Origin: Botryllus schlosseri
Lineage: Eukaryota
Direction: 5' to 3'
Assembly (NCBI GenBank): GCA_051294905.1
Contig: CM119372.1
Span: forward strand, 33,420,001 to 33,484,000
DNA: 64,000 nucleotides
Shown here: positions 27,088 to 37,887 of the stretch, piece by piece
How the letters are laid out: the number at the start of each line of letters is the position of its first letter
Position numbering within the stretch: position 1 is the stretch's first letter
Translations under genes and position numbers: made by a program
The notes under the pieces: model-generated
The model's database searches: none
The model's input: only the letters and a program-made list of their open reading frames with translations
Told to the model about the DNA's origin: nothing

Positions 27088-29243
27088 TCACACCAACGGA
27101 CTCAGTCGCCGCCGGGGCCTTGTTTCTGGGGAGACGTGCATCCTAAAATCCCCAGACTCCTCGTCGGTCATATCCGGATATATGTCCGGTTGACCGGCAA
27201 CAGCTGCTTTCTGGTTACCTTTTGGGAAAGTAGGTAAGACGGTGGCTGTCGTAATGCTACTATGGGCCGAACAGTTACAATCGTTCGGACAAGTGCATCT
27301 ACGAGAGCTGCCAGGACCAATTTTCTCGTGTTGGTCCTCATTTGCGCCAGCGGGGATTCCACACTCGACGTCTTCAAGAATAGTGCCAGCAGGGATTCCT
27401 GACTCGACACTTGGAGTTTCCCATAGGTTTTGTGTGACGTTAGTTGCGCTTTTCAACTCGTCGTTCGCACCAGTGGTGATTACCATCTCGGTACTTGCGC
27501 CAGCGGCATCGGCCAGCGGCGACGGCCAGCGTGCCGGCTCGACGCTTATTTGATTTGCAGCTTCCATCAACCCATCATCGGTTACAGTGTCGCGAGGACT
27601 GCTTCCGACTTTGGTTCCGTCCCGTTGATCTCATGAGATCCCATCATGTAGCGTTACTAAAGACAACTCTTCAATTGCGTTAGACCAGAGGTCTCAAACA
27701 CGCGGCCCGCGGGCCGCATGCGGCCCCCCAGAGCATTTTGTGCGGCCCGCGACGACATTTTATATTTTTATTAATTTGACAATATATAAGTGTCACATAT
27801 ATCTTTTCAGGTTATAAAGTGAAAATTCCCTCTTAAATTGTGCCGAAAGCCTGAAACTATTCATCAAACTTCACTATCACATCAATTGCAAACGCTACCA
27901 TGCAGTGAAAGTTTCACTATTTCGCGACATTTCCAATTCATGATGACAAAACCTGACCGTTAGACGATTCATGACTGAAATTTGTGAGTGGGACTTGGAT
28001 GCGACCTTTCTTAGAATTATTCAGAATCGCACTAACTCGATGGCCAAAGGAGAATGACTCTAGTGGACTCGGAATGCCGTGAATTTGTTTGAACCATGGA
28101 CGGAACAAAATAATCGCGTATCAGGAGAATAGTAATAGATCAGAAGGTCGCAGCTTGGTATTTCACTTATAGATAACTAACCTACGGTTAGTTATCTATA
28201 TTTCACTACCTAAACACGTAGTTATGGCAACCATTGGCAATCTGTTAGTTATATCTTTGGTCGCTAAACCATGTTATTAAGGCCACTTAAAGGTACCGAG
28301 TACCGTATTGGTACTCTCCAACGATGTAACATCAATGGGTCGTTCGGCGTTCCAGCATTTCAATCACTAGGACACATTCATTAATATATTTACATTATAT
28401 TTATATTTTTTCAGCTCCTATATTTGAAGATACTTGACCATAAGATTAATAGCCTACTTATCGGAAGTATGCCCGAATCCTGGACTGGAATTACAATGCT
28501 CAACTTAAAAATGTTTTGATAACAGATCAGTCTCGATTATCAATCTGTTAAATTCAAGCTGCAAAATTATAATCCGATAGCTTTTATGATGGCATCATAC
28601 ATTTGTCCGACCATATGGTGCCTGTATCTTATAATTAATATATATCAAGTACAACAACAATTCTATTCAAATAGTTGTAAATGTGATGATTCTTTTCGTG
28701 CCAGGCTTAAATTGATACAAGAGTAAATCACATTTTGACGACATGTGTTTACTGTCAGTCTGCTGGATCGGCTCACTTTCAATAGGACAATTCATTCCCG
28801 CCAAATAAGTCCTACTTGGAAAGACATAGAATTCCCCTATAAATGCTGCGGCCCGCGGCGTCATCAAAACTGGAAAACTGGCTCGCGAGCACATTTGAGT
28901 TTGAGACCTCTGCGTTAGACGGTGTTTTCAACCCAATTACTATGCTTGGTAATTGCTGTCCTTGATCAATCCATTTTAACCCTATGATATTAAGTGGGAC
29001 TCCTAATCCGGTCACAAATGGAACTGACAGACCATCAAAATTAAGCTCTAACAAGCAATCAACTCGGGACGAGCCACCTATTGCTGCTAATTCCATGTCT
29101 ATTGGTTGACGTTCCTCCCAGCTTTGTGGGTATTTAGTAATAACGACCTTTTTCATTATCAAATTGGGGATGCTTCCCGTGTCAGCTAGGAATTTCGAAC
29201 CCGTTGTTGTATCAATCAAATACAACAATTGGCCTCCGAACAA
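27088..29243 (-). pseudogene. Retroviral-type aspartic protease plus low-complexity linker, interrupted by a MITE
   Basis: FLADTGS active site and NIIGLKWI C-terminal motif. Removing MITE 27686-28912 and one TSD copy restores the frame ...GLKTPSNAIEELSLVTLHDGIS*DQRDG...LMEAANQ, joining ORF 27088-27570 with a single TGA. Confidence 0.75.
27686..28912. mobile_element. hAT (Buster/Charlie-type) MITE inserted in the retroelement pro region
   Basis: TIR CAGAGGTCTCAAAC / GTTTGAGACCTCTG; TSD CGTTAGAC at 27678-27685 and 28913-28920; colinear paralog at 41597-42792. Confidence 0.95.
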
Positions 29244-29370
29244 TTCCGTAAATCGGGCTGTAATGGGTCATCCGGCGTATCAAGAAATGTAAATAGGGGC
29301 AGGGAATCATTATATACAGTTTTTGCGTGTTGGGGTAGTATATTAACTGGGAGCTGATTTACCGGATCAA

Positions 29371-31225
29371 TCAGCACCCGCAAGCGATTTTAGAGAGTCG
29401 AATACCTTGATTCAGTTCATCATCCGTCCAATATGAAGCATCATATCGACGATGATCGGGGTATTGAGGTTCCGCCCAAGCCACTTGGCTATTACCTAGG
29501 GATGAGTGTGCAGGCGGTAAAGATGGCTTTGTGTCACGCACTTCCTTCGTTTCCTGGTTCCTAGGGCGCGTCTCTTGTTCATCCAGAAACTCGGAGTTCC
29601 AAACAAATTGTAGTTCTTCCGCAACGTCCCGCCAGGTTTTGTCTTTTTCCTAGCCTCGTAACATCAGTCTGAGCGCTTCAGGTAGTCGTTGTCGCAGATT
29701 TCGAAACAGACGCAATCCATCAGGATTATTTTTAATTCTACTGTCCATGTTTATTTCCAGTTGCTTCAAGGCGCTATTGAGCAACGGTAGTGGCTCATCC
29801 TCCCAGCGATAATCTCTGCGGAAATCTCCAATGATTTTTTCGTCATTTACCAAACCCTGGGGATTTGATAAGGAAAGAGATCGCATCACCGATTCCCATT
29901 CTGCTTCTCCCGAATTGGTATTAAAAAAATTTCCAAGTTGGGTAGCCTGCTTGTGCCAGCCAGCCGCCCTCAATTTCTTCTGCAAAGCATTAGCCAAAAT
30001 CACATCAGCATCCGTATTCCCGGGACCGTGGCGTATTCGTCTCATCGAATTTTCCATCCACTTTAGCAATGGCATGTCCCCAGGGTCCATCATAAGCTGA
30101 AGCATTTCTTTTTCTGATTGCATTTTAACAGGTACGTTGAGCATTGGAACTGTTACACCGGGATATTGGTGCAACTGTTGTTGCCCTGGCCTTCGGCTAC
30201 GATCGTTAAGAGTAGAGGTAAAACGAGGCATATTTGGATAAGTCGGGTTGTTAGGTCGGCCCCCATCCTTATCTTCATCCGACGAATTTTCGGAACTTTG
30301 GAGAGACTTCCCAACCTCCTTTATTTCTCGAGCCAATATTCGCATTCCAGTATCGTAATCGTCATCTCCAGCGTCTTCCGCATCTTCCCTTGTATCACCT
30401 TGTTCTCGAAAGGTCACCTGTCGGGATTCGCCATCCGCACTCCCCGCTCGTTTTCGAGAATCCTTCTCCTCGTTACGACGTTTCTGCCATCCTCGATACC
30501 CCATATACTTATCGAAGGGACTCTTTTTTGGTTTTGACGCAACAGGGGACTCCTTCCCCCCCAAGTCTGATGGAGCTTGGCATTTCAGGCGGGTTGGTAG
30601 GTTTTTGTTTGGCACGCGCACCACCTTCCACATGGAAACATGGAGTCGTTCCCCTGCAGGAATCTGACAGCGAGGTCGGCTCGGAACGTGGTAGCTTAGG
30701 ATAGACGGCCGTTACTGTATGACAATCCAGACCCTTGCGAACCGTCATTGTTGGTCCTTATTTTACGTCTCCACTTGGCCGCTCAGCAGCAAGAACGTAC
30801 GCCGGAGGATCATATTCTGGTGCATTTGGAAGTACCGTCAAAACGGGAGGTTGGGTTCTATCTCGCGTAACCTGTGCATGCGACTTTCCGAGCTCAAACT
30901 CTGACGTAAGAATGTCATTCAGCACATCGGCGGAGACCTTCCCGCTAACTTTTGTTGTGGCATCACAAACAGCTTTGAGGACCGCTTGAGCTTTTCGAAC
31001 CTCTTTCTTTGCCTTCTCTAAACCTTTCATAGTTTTCGGAAGAGCTGTTTTTACTTCCTTTAAAACTTCAGCCTGTTCCGCCACATCTTTAGCAAGTTGT
31101 CTTTCTTGTCGCCGTGCATCTTCATGGCGTTTTTGTGTCGCTTTAAGCAAGGTAATCCCTTGTTTGAGTTCTTCTGTTGCCTCTGACGACTTTTTCCTTT
31201 TCAATGCTTTCAATATTCTTCGCAT
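29371..31225 (-). pseudogene. gag: gag-like gene (~617 aa reconstructed)
   Basis: ORFs 30758-31225 and 30509-30748 are in the same frame across one TAA. Removing one G from the G7 run (30556-30562) joins ORF 29650-30633, which reads through a TAG (29650-29652) to a TGA at 29371. Basic, coiled-coil N-terminus; PPAY and YPKL motifs; helical capsid-like C-terminal half; located between PBS and protease. Confidence 0.7.
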
Positions 31226-31233
31226 ATCACTTC

Positions 31234-31503
31234 CTATTGACTGGAGGAAGTACTGTTGACAGAAGGTAGTTGATCAGGTGAAGATACGTTGAAATAGAAT
31301 GTATATCCTTGCGTCGTATCCGTGGGTTGGACGTAAGCAGTGGATTCGCTGCTATTGGATCCCAAAAATACGTTCAACAGATTAGAAAACGTTCCAGGCG
31401 ATACATGCAGATATATTGCTGCCAATGTAATCAGGAGAGATACAGACAATGAAAGCAAGGATACGACAAGTACAAGTTTTACGATGGTCGTCTTGGAAAG
31501 CAT
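31234..31503 (-). CDS. Intact 89-aa single-pass membrane protein upstream of gag (putative type II glycoprotein)
   Basis: ATG about 30 nt after the PBS. Hydrophobic stretch LVLVVSLLSLSVSLLITLAAIYL, then a Ser/Thr-rich tail with N-glycosylation sequons NSS, NVS and NST. The stop lies 8 nt before the gag ATG. Confidence 0.6.
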   Translation of the reverse strand: MLSKTTIVKLVLVVSLLSLSVSLLITLAAIYLHVSPGTFSNLLNVFLGSNSSESTAYVQPTDTTQGYTFYFNVSSPDQLPSVNSTSSSQ

Positions 31504-31532
31504 CGATTGGTCAACATCTGAACACCGGAAGT

Positions 31533-31551
31533 ATCCCCGTACTGGCCACCA
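31533..31551 (-). promoter_or_regulatory. Primer-binding site complementary to tRNA-Ile(AAU)
   Basis: Plus-strand ATCCCCGTACTGGCCACCA matches the 3' 19 nt (including CCA) of animal tRNA-Ile(AAU) as I recall it. The minus strand reads ...AAAACA-AAAT-TGGTGGCCAGTACGGGGAT, i.e. an LTR end followed by the PBS. Confidence 0.9.
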
Positions 31552-31939
31552 ATTTTGTTTTTATAGTGCAGCTCCGATAACGATTGTTATGCGAGTAGTC
31601 CACACTTGTTCGGGTTACTTCCTAGTAAAGCGTTGCCTTTCGTTTGCTTTAGTATCCTGACGACGTTTGTAAATGGTGATTGGAGCAACAACAGTTGTAG
31701 GATTGTTTCTTCTCAAGTTGACAATTACCCTGGGGTCCAGAATTTTAATCTACCTTTATCTACTGATAATCTAGAACCTTCATACAACCAAATACTCCAA
31801 TCAGTTAATCGCGCAGACGGAAATGAGGTAACTCTATGCAAAGCTTGGTTAAATTGGCATACACATCATTCATCAATTATAACACAAGGCATGGTTTAAC
31901 CTATACATCATCATACACGATTCATAAACATTTTCAATA

Positions 31940-32050
31940 CTCCAAGGTTTGTTTACGCATATAATTGATGCGACGGCCTTTCCTGCCGAAAAGCAGCTCC
32001 AAGGTTGGTTTACACATAGAATTCATGTGACGGCCGTTCCTGCCGAAAAG
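31940..32050. repeat. ~58-bp imperfect tandem duplication in the putative LTR
   Basis: CTCCAAGGTT.GTTTAC.CATA.AATT.ATG.GACGGCC.TTCCTGCCGAAAAG occurs twice. Confidence 0.85.
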
Positions 32051-32321
32051 TTTATACATGACATATCGTTTCACACTCCATTACAATAGTCATGTAAGAA
32101 CTAATGTTTTGAATTCAATCTGTTTTTTCACCGGGTTCTTTTAGTATTGGTGTCCTTAAGCTTTTTATTCATTCGTATGTTGACTAGCAATCGTCAAAGG
32201 CAAACAGCATGTTTTCGATGCCAAATATTTACATAACTCGGATGATTACGAGGGTCTTGATAATAAGTTTAACAATTATAACTTCCTATGTACGTGCTCA
32301 TTAAATGCAACACGTAATGTT

Positions 32322-32433
32322 ATGTTATTTTATGTCCTATTGAATAACAGTCCGCACAGGCAACCCGTCCTGATTTTGGCGTTATTATGTCCTATTAAAT
32401 AACAGTCCGCACAGGCAACCCATCCTGATTTTG
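32322..32433. repeat. ~57-bp tandem duplication (U3 enhancer-like) in the putative LTR
   Basis: TTATGTCCTATT.AATAACAGTCCGCACAGGCAACCC.TCCTGATTTTG occurs twice. Confidence 0.9.
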
Positions 32434-35340
32434 TGATCATGAAACCTCAGTAAAATGTAGGGGTCCTACCGCTGAGTGTGGGTAGTTATAACACATAACC
32501 AAGGCCTAATCAATGCCTGAATCCGTAGTACTTGCTAATAAATTACTACAATAACAACCAATTATTCACATATTAATGATCATCAACTCATACACATATC
32601 TAAGACATAAAATTTTAGCGCCATTTTGAAGCAACCTGATGGTAATGATCAAAGATACAGTAATACAATGCTTGATCACAATAAGGAACATTGGAGTCAC
32701 TATGCAATAATATAACATGAGAATACCATTGTTGTGTTATGACTATTGGTGTCCCGTCGTCATGCAGCAGATTGATTTATGCCATCGATCCTCCAACGCA
32801 TCCTTTCCGATCTCCATCATCAAATGTTCAGAACACATTTCGTAATTGTACGTTAGAGTGCTAAGTCTTGTGCATCTATTTTCGGACCTGATTTCTTTGA
32901 CTCCCATGATCATGAAACAACTTTTCTGCGCATCTCTTCTTGATTCCGCAGCCGTCATGATCGTTTCTTTCTCCGTTACCTTTAACGCGATTTCTTGCGG
33001 GCTTGGTCTGGCACGTCCCATTCTTAGGTTCAATGTTGATTGCGCCAGATCACTTTATTAAGCCCTTGAGAGGAGCAATCTTTTCGGGATGTCGTTTGGC
33101 ACTTTTAGAGTTGTACTCCCAAGTCGTATATTATCGCCAGCAGAGTGTCCCAGTATTGCGTGGGTAAAAGTATGGCATTTCTTTCTCGGCATTTTCCAGA
33201 CGGTATCACGTGGTCTTGTCATATAAGTTTTGAATACACTCAATGCTCACAGGGATGACATTTAAACAGACACATATCAGACCATGGCGTCATTTGTTAT
33301 CATAACGACGTTATAATACAATACAGTAATTTGCATACATATGCAGATCACGGTGCGATAACTGCACCTGCCAGGCATATCCATTTCGTGAAACGAATGT
33401 GCAGACAAGGCGGGTCTAATTCTAATGTCCCACTCAACCATCGACACATCAGTTTCGAAAAACGAATGTGTGGAGAGGATCCATGGATTATTTTCCCAAG
33501 GTCTTTATGATAGCAGTACGGGCCTGAGGTATTCCTCTTTGATTCTAGTCCTAGTTCTAGTCCTAGTTCTAATTCTAGCCCTAATCATTTTGGAATATCT
33601 GGCGGTCTTCTCCAAAGTCTAGCACCAAGGTACCGGGGCCATATCCATTGTGGATAAGCAACTTTTGGTTGCCATCTTGTTCGTCGTAACGCTTTTAATA
33701 TTTTTTCCATGAATTCTCCAAGAGTAACGTTTCACACCACAACAAATCTGGCTTAGCGTTATACGCATCATATTGTTCCGTCTATACATCAATACTATCA
33801 TATATTTGTACAAGTTTTTCTTCAGTTGTGTCCATTCTCGTTCATTACGGTTGCTATCGCATAACAATAACTTTCCTGTAGTCGGCCGTCCTTTTGACTT
33901 TGCGGCGATCACTTTCTCCAGCGGCATACCTTATTTTTATAGGGCCTTGTATGGCCATGTCGTCTCTCCTGAATGATGTCATCTATAAGCGTCGTCGAAA
34001 CTTGCGACGTAGTCACTCCTGTCATCCGTTGGATTTGCGCCTTCTGTTCTTCCGTAAGATTTTTAAATCTTGCCATCCCGTAAAGTTTGTTATGACGTTC
34101 TGCCGACCAACTAGCAAATATCAACTGATAGTCTTTCCTATATTCCAAAGACTCGTGGTACAGAAGGTGACCCATTTCGTTCAGAATAAGTCATCATATG
34201 CCATGACATGCGACTGATTTCGTACCACATATTGTCTAGCATTTTCACGGTGTATTGTCCGGTACGTTCGAGTCTTTGCAGATTTCATTCAGGATTTACT
34301 TCTCCATTATGCTCAAACCATATATCCAGTTTGTTGTATAGCGTTACTATTGCATTCTCATTGTAACTCAAGTTTTCATTCATAATACTTTTCCTTATTC
34401 ATAATACCCCAGCATTAAGCGTGACATCATCCCACCATGAATCATGGTAAAGTAATCACTTCATCAGTGGACTAACAGGAGCTTTTTGTTGACGAAACTA
34501 TACATAGTCTAAATGAGCTTTTCCCAATTTTCAATGGTAACAATAATCCCCCCCCCCCACAAAGGAATATCAATGAACACGTACAACTAGAACTGCCCCC
34601 AGGAATTGTTCCATCATTTCGAGCGTCTTAGAGGGATCAATTAGTTGAGGCAGCTCCCGTCACACAGATTATTTAAGTACCATGCCCATAAAACATTTTT
34701 AAATTTCTCCGTAAATATGGCAATGTTGGGAACAAGTCACTACCTTTGAGTCACGAGTCAAGTCATGATCCTATTCTAGTAGCCCGTCGCTTTAACACCT
34801 GAGCAATGCTTTAAGCAACTCCCCGTTTTGTTTTACAATTTTATTTTCAAACATAAAAACGCACTTGCTAGTTATCTGGTTCCTGTTAACCTTTCTGTTG
34901 GATGCTAGTAAGTCTTCACTTGTTTACAATATAACTTCGTCTTCTGCACCTCAGCTCCATGTGAGATAAACTAAATTTTTAGGCCTCGTTCTCCAAGTTA
35001 TATTCAGTTCTGAGCGGAAGGACGTTGACTTTCATGCATTCCCACGCGTCAATCAATAGGCAATATATTGCTTCCTTAATTATAGACTGACGCACATCCC
35101 GACATTCATCAAGCAAATTTTGCCGCTATCACGCATCATATGGCGTGATTAAACCGTCAATTAAAATCAAATTCCACCGTTTTGCTGTAATTTATACTTT
35201 TATGGCTTCCTAATTTCGTTACAACATTGCAATTCCCACTGCCTTTTGCAGCATCATTTTGCAACAGTTCCGCAATCTGCTTCCAAGTCTGCATATTGTC
35301 GCATTTCACGACCCGTACTTATTTTTATTACATAAACAGC

Positions 35341-35444
35341 ACTTGGTTTTGTTACGCAATCCGTAACTCCAGCAGTTACATAAATTCTTTTGTACTTGGT
35401 TTTGTTACGCAATCCGTAACTCCAGCAGTTACATAAATTCTTTT
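35341..35444. repeat. ~53-bp tandem duplication
   Basis: ACTTGGTTTTGTTACGCAATCCGTAACTCCAGCAGTTACATAAATTCTTTT occurs twice. Confidence 0.9.
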
Positions 35445-37305
35445 TTCTCCGATTATGCAATTCGCAATTTTACTAGTTATGTAATTCTTGTTTTTACTTA
35501 TTACGCAATTCACATCTTTGCTTGTTATGTAAATTTTCATTACGGTCAGAACAAATATTCTGATGGCACTTTACAATGCAGTCATCAGGTTTAGGGCTCG
35601 GACCACCTTTCCCCCAAAAAATCCGCAAATTTAGATTACTGCCGTGCCGTGCCAGCTACCATATCCCTTGGCAATTCTATGTAGCCTTCCCGACTCGAAA
35701 TTTTGAATTGTGCGGGACGTTGATTAATCAAAGAGCATAGCAGAAATGGTGAGTGGCAACGCCGATATCACAACGCAGCTTTTCAAATACACATTGTCTC
35801 CCGGGCCTACGGCGCGAAATGAACTGACGCGAACGTGGTATACGGTAACGTAAGCTGTAATCTACGGTCATTTTGTGCGAATTAAATTTATTTTCCAAAA
35901 CAAGTGCTAATGGAGTTTCAGAAAAAGTTAAAAAGCACGGCATTAGACGCTTCCCATTGTGCAACTCCATTTAGTATTTTCAACACGATAGGACATATGA
36001 TCAATATAATTCAGTGCGCCACAGGCGTAACCAGGGCCGAAATCAAAACTTCTCCATTTTCAAAACCCGATGTTATACTTATAACAAGCACTGTTAATTC
36101 CCCAGCATCCGCAACTACTAAAACCTGCTACGTTCGAAATGTGGTTTTTCTTGTATATAGTGCAATTATCATCATATGTGTATGATTTTGACTCACAAGA
36201 TCGCCCTTTCACACATTATTAGTCAATCCAAGGTCTGCAAGTTAGCGGAAAACACACCTGTTTGAGGCAAGTTGTCCGCAGAACCTGTCATTAGGTTTAG
36301 TAACTTCTCAAAGGGTCGTAACGAGGTTAGAACTTGGGTCTCTTCATCCACGTTATTATCGCCAATGAAAGATGGCGAGTAACAAACTGGTGGGCTCGAC
36401 AGCAGTAATCACTCACGGAATGCTAGGTGATTGAACCTTTCCTTGCTACGTAACATTTAGGTACAACATCGTTCACAAAGCCATTTCTGTCGAGCACCAT
36501 AATACAATACCAATTACCAAGGCAACATAATTCAGTAATTGTGTTGTTATTTATCTGATCCAATATTGGAAGATAAATTTATATTTAGACTTAAATAGAT
36601 TTAGATGGAAATTACATTTTGCCACGGCCGCAAAACTTCAACGTGACAGAATTCACTCTGCCGCGACGCAATTGCACGCCTACACTGTCTCTGTGTCCCA
36701 TAATTTTGACAAGTTATGCCAAGTACAACAACCTTTTTATTCAGTTATTTCAGAATGTGCATTTTTCTCGTGCCAGGCGTAAATGTTGCTATAGTAGGCC
36801 TACATAGTACACTCATAATGTGTGTGGAATCTGCGCAGTCCAAATTCAAAATAGGGTCGACACCACGCAGATTATTCTAGGTATTGTTATTTCAAAACCA
36901 TGTACTTTTTTTGCCTAAACTGCAACTGTTGAGAGTTCGTATTCTACCATTTTGAGCTGTTACATTGCTTTACTCTTTTATGGCCTTTCAACAGTATAAC
37001 TATTCATAACCGCTACCATCGCACAAGCGATTTCCGGCAATTTTTGTGGAAACCGGTACCATGCAAACCTATAAGTTTCACTTTAATTCAATTATTGATC
37101 TTACGCGCAGTCGTGACTGGTGCAATGTACATACTGTTTTGTTACTGACATATGTCAGAATTACCACTCTCATTTGTGTACTCGAATGCACGATGTAGCG
37201 CGCTGTGTAATGCAATTTACTTATACTAAACTAAAGCCGCGAAACAAGCGGTATTCACTTCGTGTCGTTAGACAGCAGTAGTTATAAAAACCAAATTGAC
37301 AGAAG

Positions 37306-37887
37306 TGTTGGAAAATCAACTCACCCGACACAAAAACCTACCCACTGGTTCCGAAATATCTAATGCAAATGGTGATGCGGTATGCACGGATAACCACCTG
37401 CATTCATGCAGCTTACAACACCGACCATGATAACAATTTAGAATTGCTGTTAATACTTTTGGGCCACAACTATTCCCTCGCTAGCCAATAGTTAGAATTC
37501 ACGAGTTACTGATAAAGCAGTAAGTTACCGAATGTTTGGGGGACTAGTATGGTAGACATTGGTGGGGTTACTTCTTAGTCACTGGGACAATTAAATTAAC
37601 GACCATTACTTCAGCGGGCCTTTCAACATTTTCCAATTTATTAGCATATTCGTCAAGCTAAGTCCACTACAACAAATTTATTTTCCTTGAGTATTCAGAG
37701 CTAGTGTTTTCCGTAACTTTGTGGCTTGTTACATCAAAAGTGCACATTCAGACTGTGTGCGTTCACCTTTGACCAAAAGTGATCGTCAGACTGTGGTGTG
37801 AACACGTCTTCATGGATATGCCATTCCAATAATGTGCATATTGCGTAGCTTTGTACTGAATGATTAATATGTTGCGATGCACCAACA
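37306..37887 (-). mobile_element. 3' LTR (582 bp) of a second LTR retroelement, preceded by a PPT
   Basis: Perfect 6-bp inverted termini TGTTGG...CCAACA. Purine tract GAAGGCGGGGGAGAA (37888-37902) abuts the TG. Internal minus-strand AATAAA motifs. Confidence 0.65.

Larger units (their letters stand above)
31556..34542 (-). repeat. Putative long (~3 kb) LTR
   Basis: Minus-strand termini TGTT...AACA; G11 tract (34548-34558) just upstream and PBS just downstream; minus-strand AATAAA at 32164-32169; internal tandem duplications. The 5' boundary is inferred from the PPT only, because no second copy is present. Confidence 0.45.
26100..34558 (-). mobile_element. Decayed retrovirus-like / Ty3-gypsy-type LTR retroelement: PPT - LTR - PBS(Ile) - small TM ORF - gag - protease - linker - integrase-like remnant
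   Basis: tRNA-Ile PBS next to an LTR-type CA end; gag-like ORF; DTG aspartic protease; GC-richer coding-like block. No second LTR copy and no RT found in the window. Confidence 0.8.

Noticed and set aside
29831..30989. Plus-strand ORFs overlapping gag
   Set aside because: Antisense shadows of the GC-richer gag frame, with no independent motifs.
31533..31551. tRNA-Ile gene
   Set aside because: Only the 3' 19 nt are present and they include CCA, which eukaryotic tRNA genes do not encode. Its position beside an LTR end indicates a PBS.
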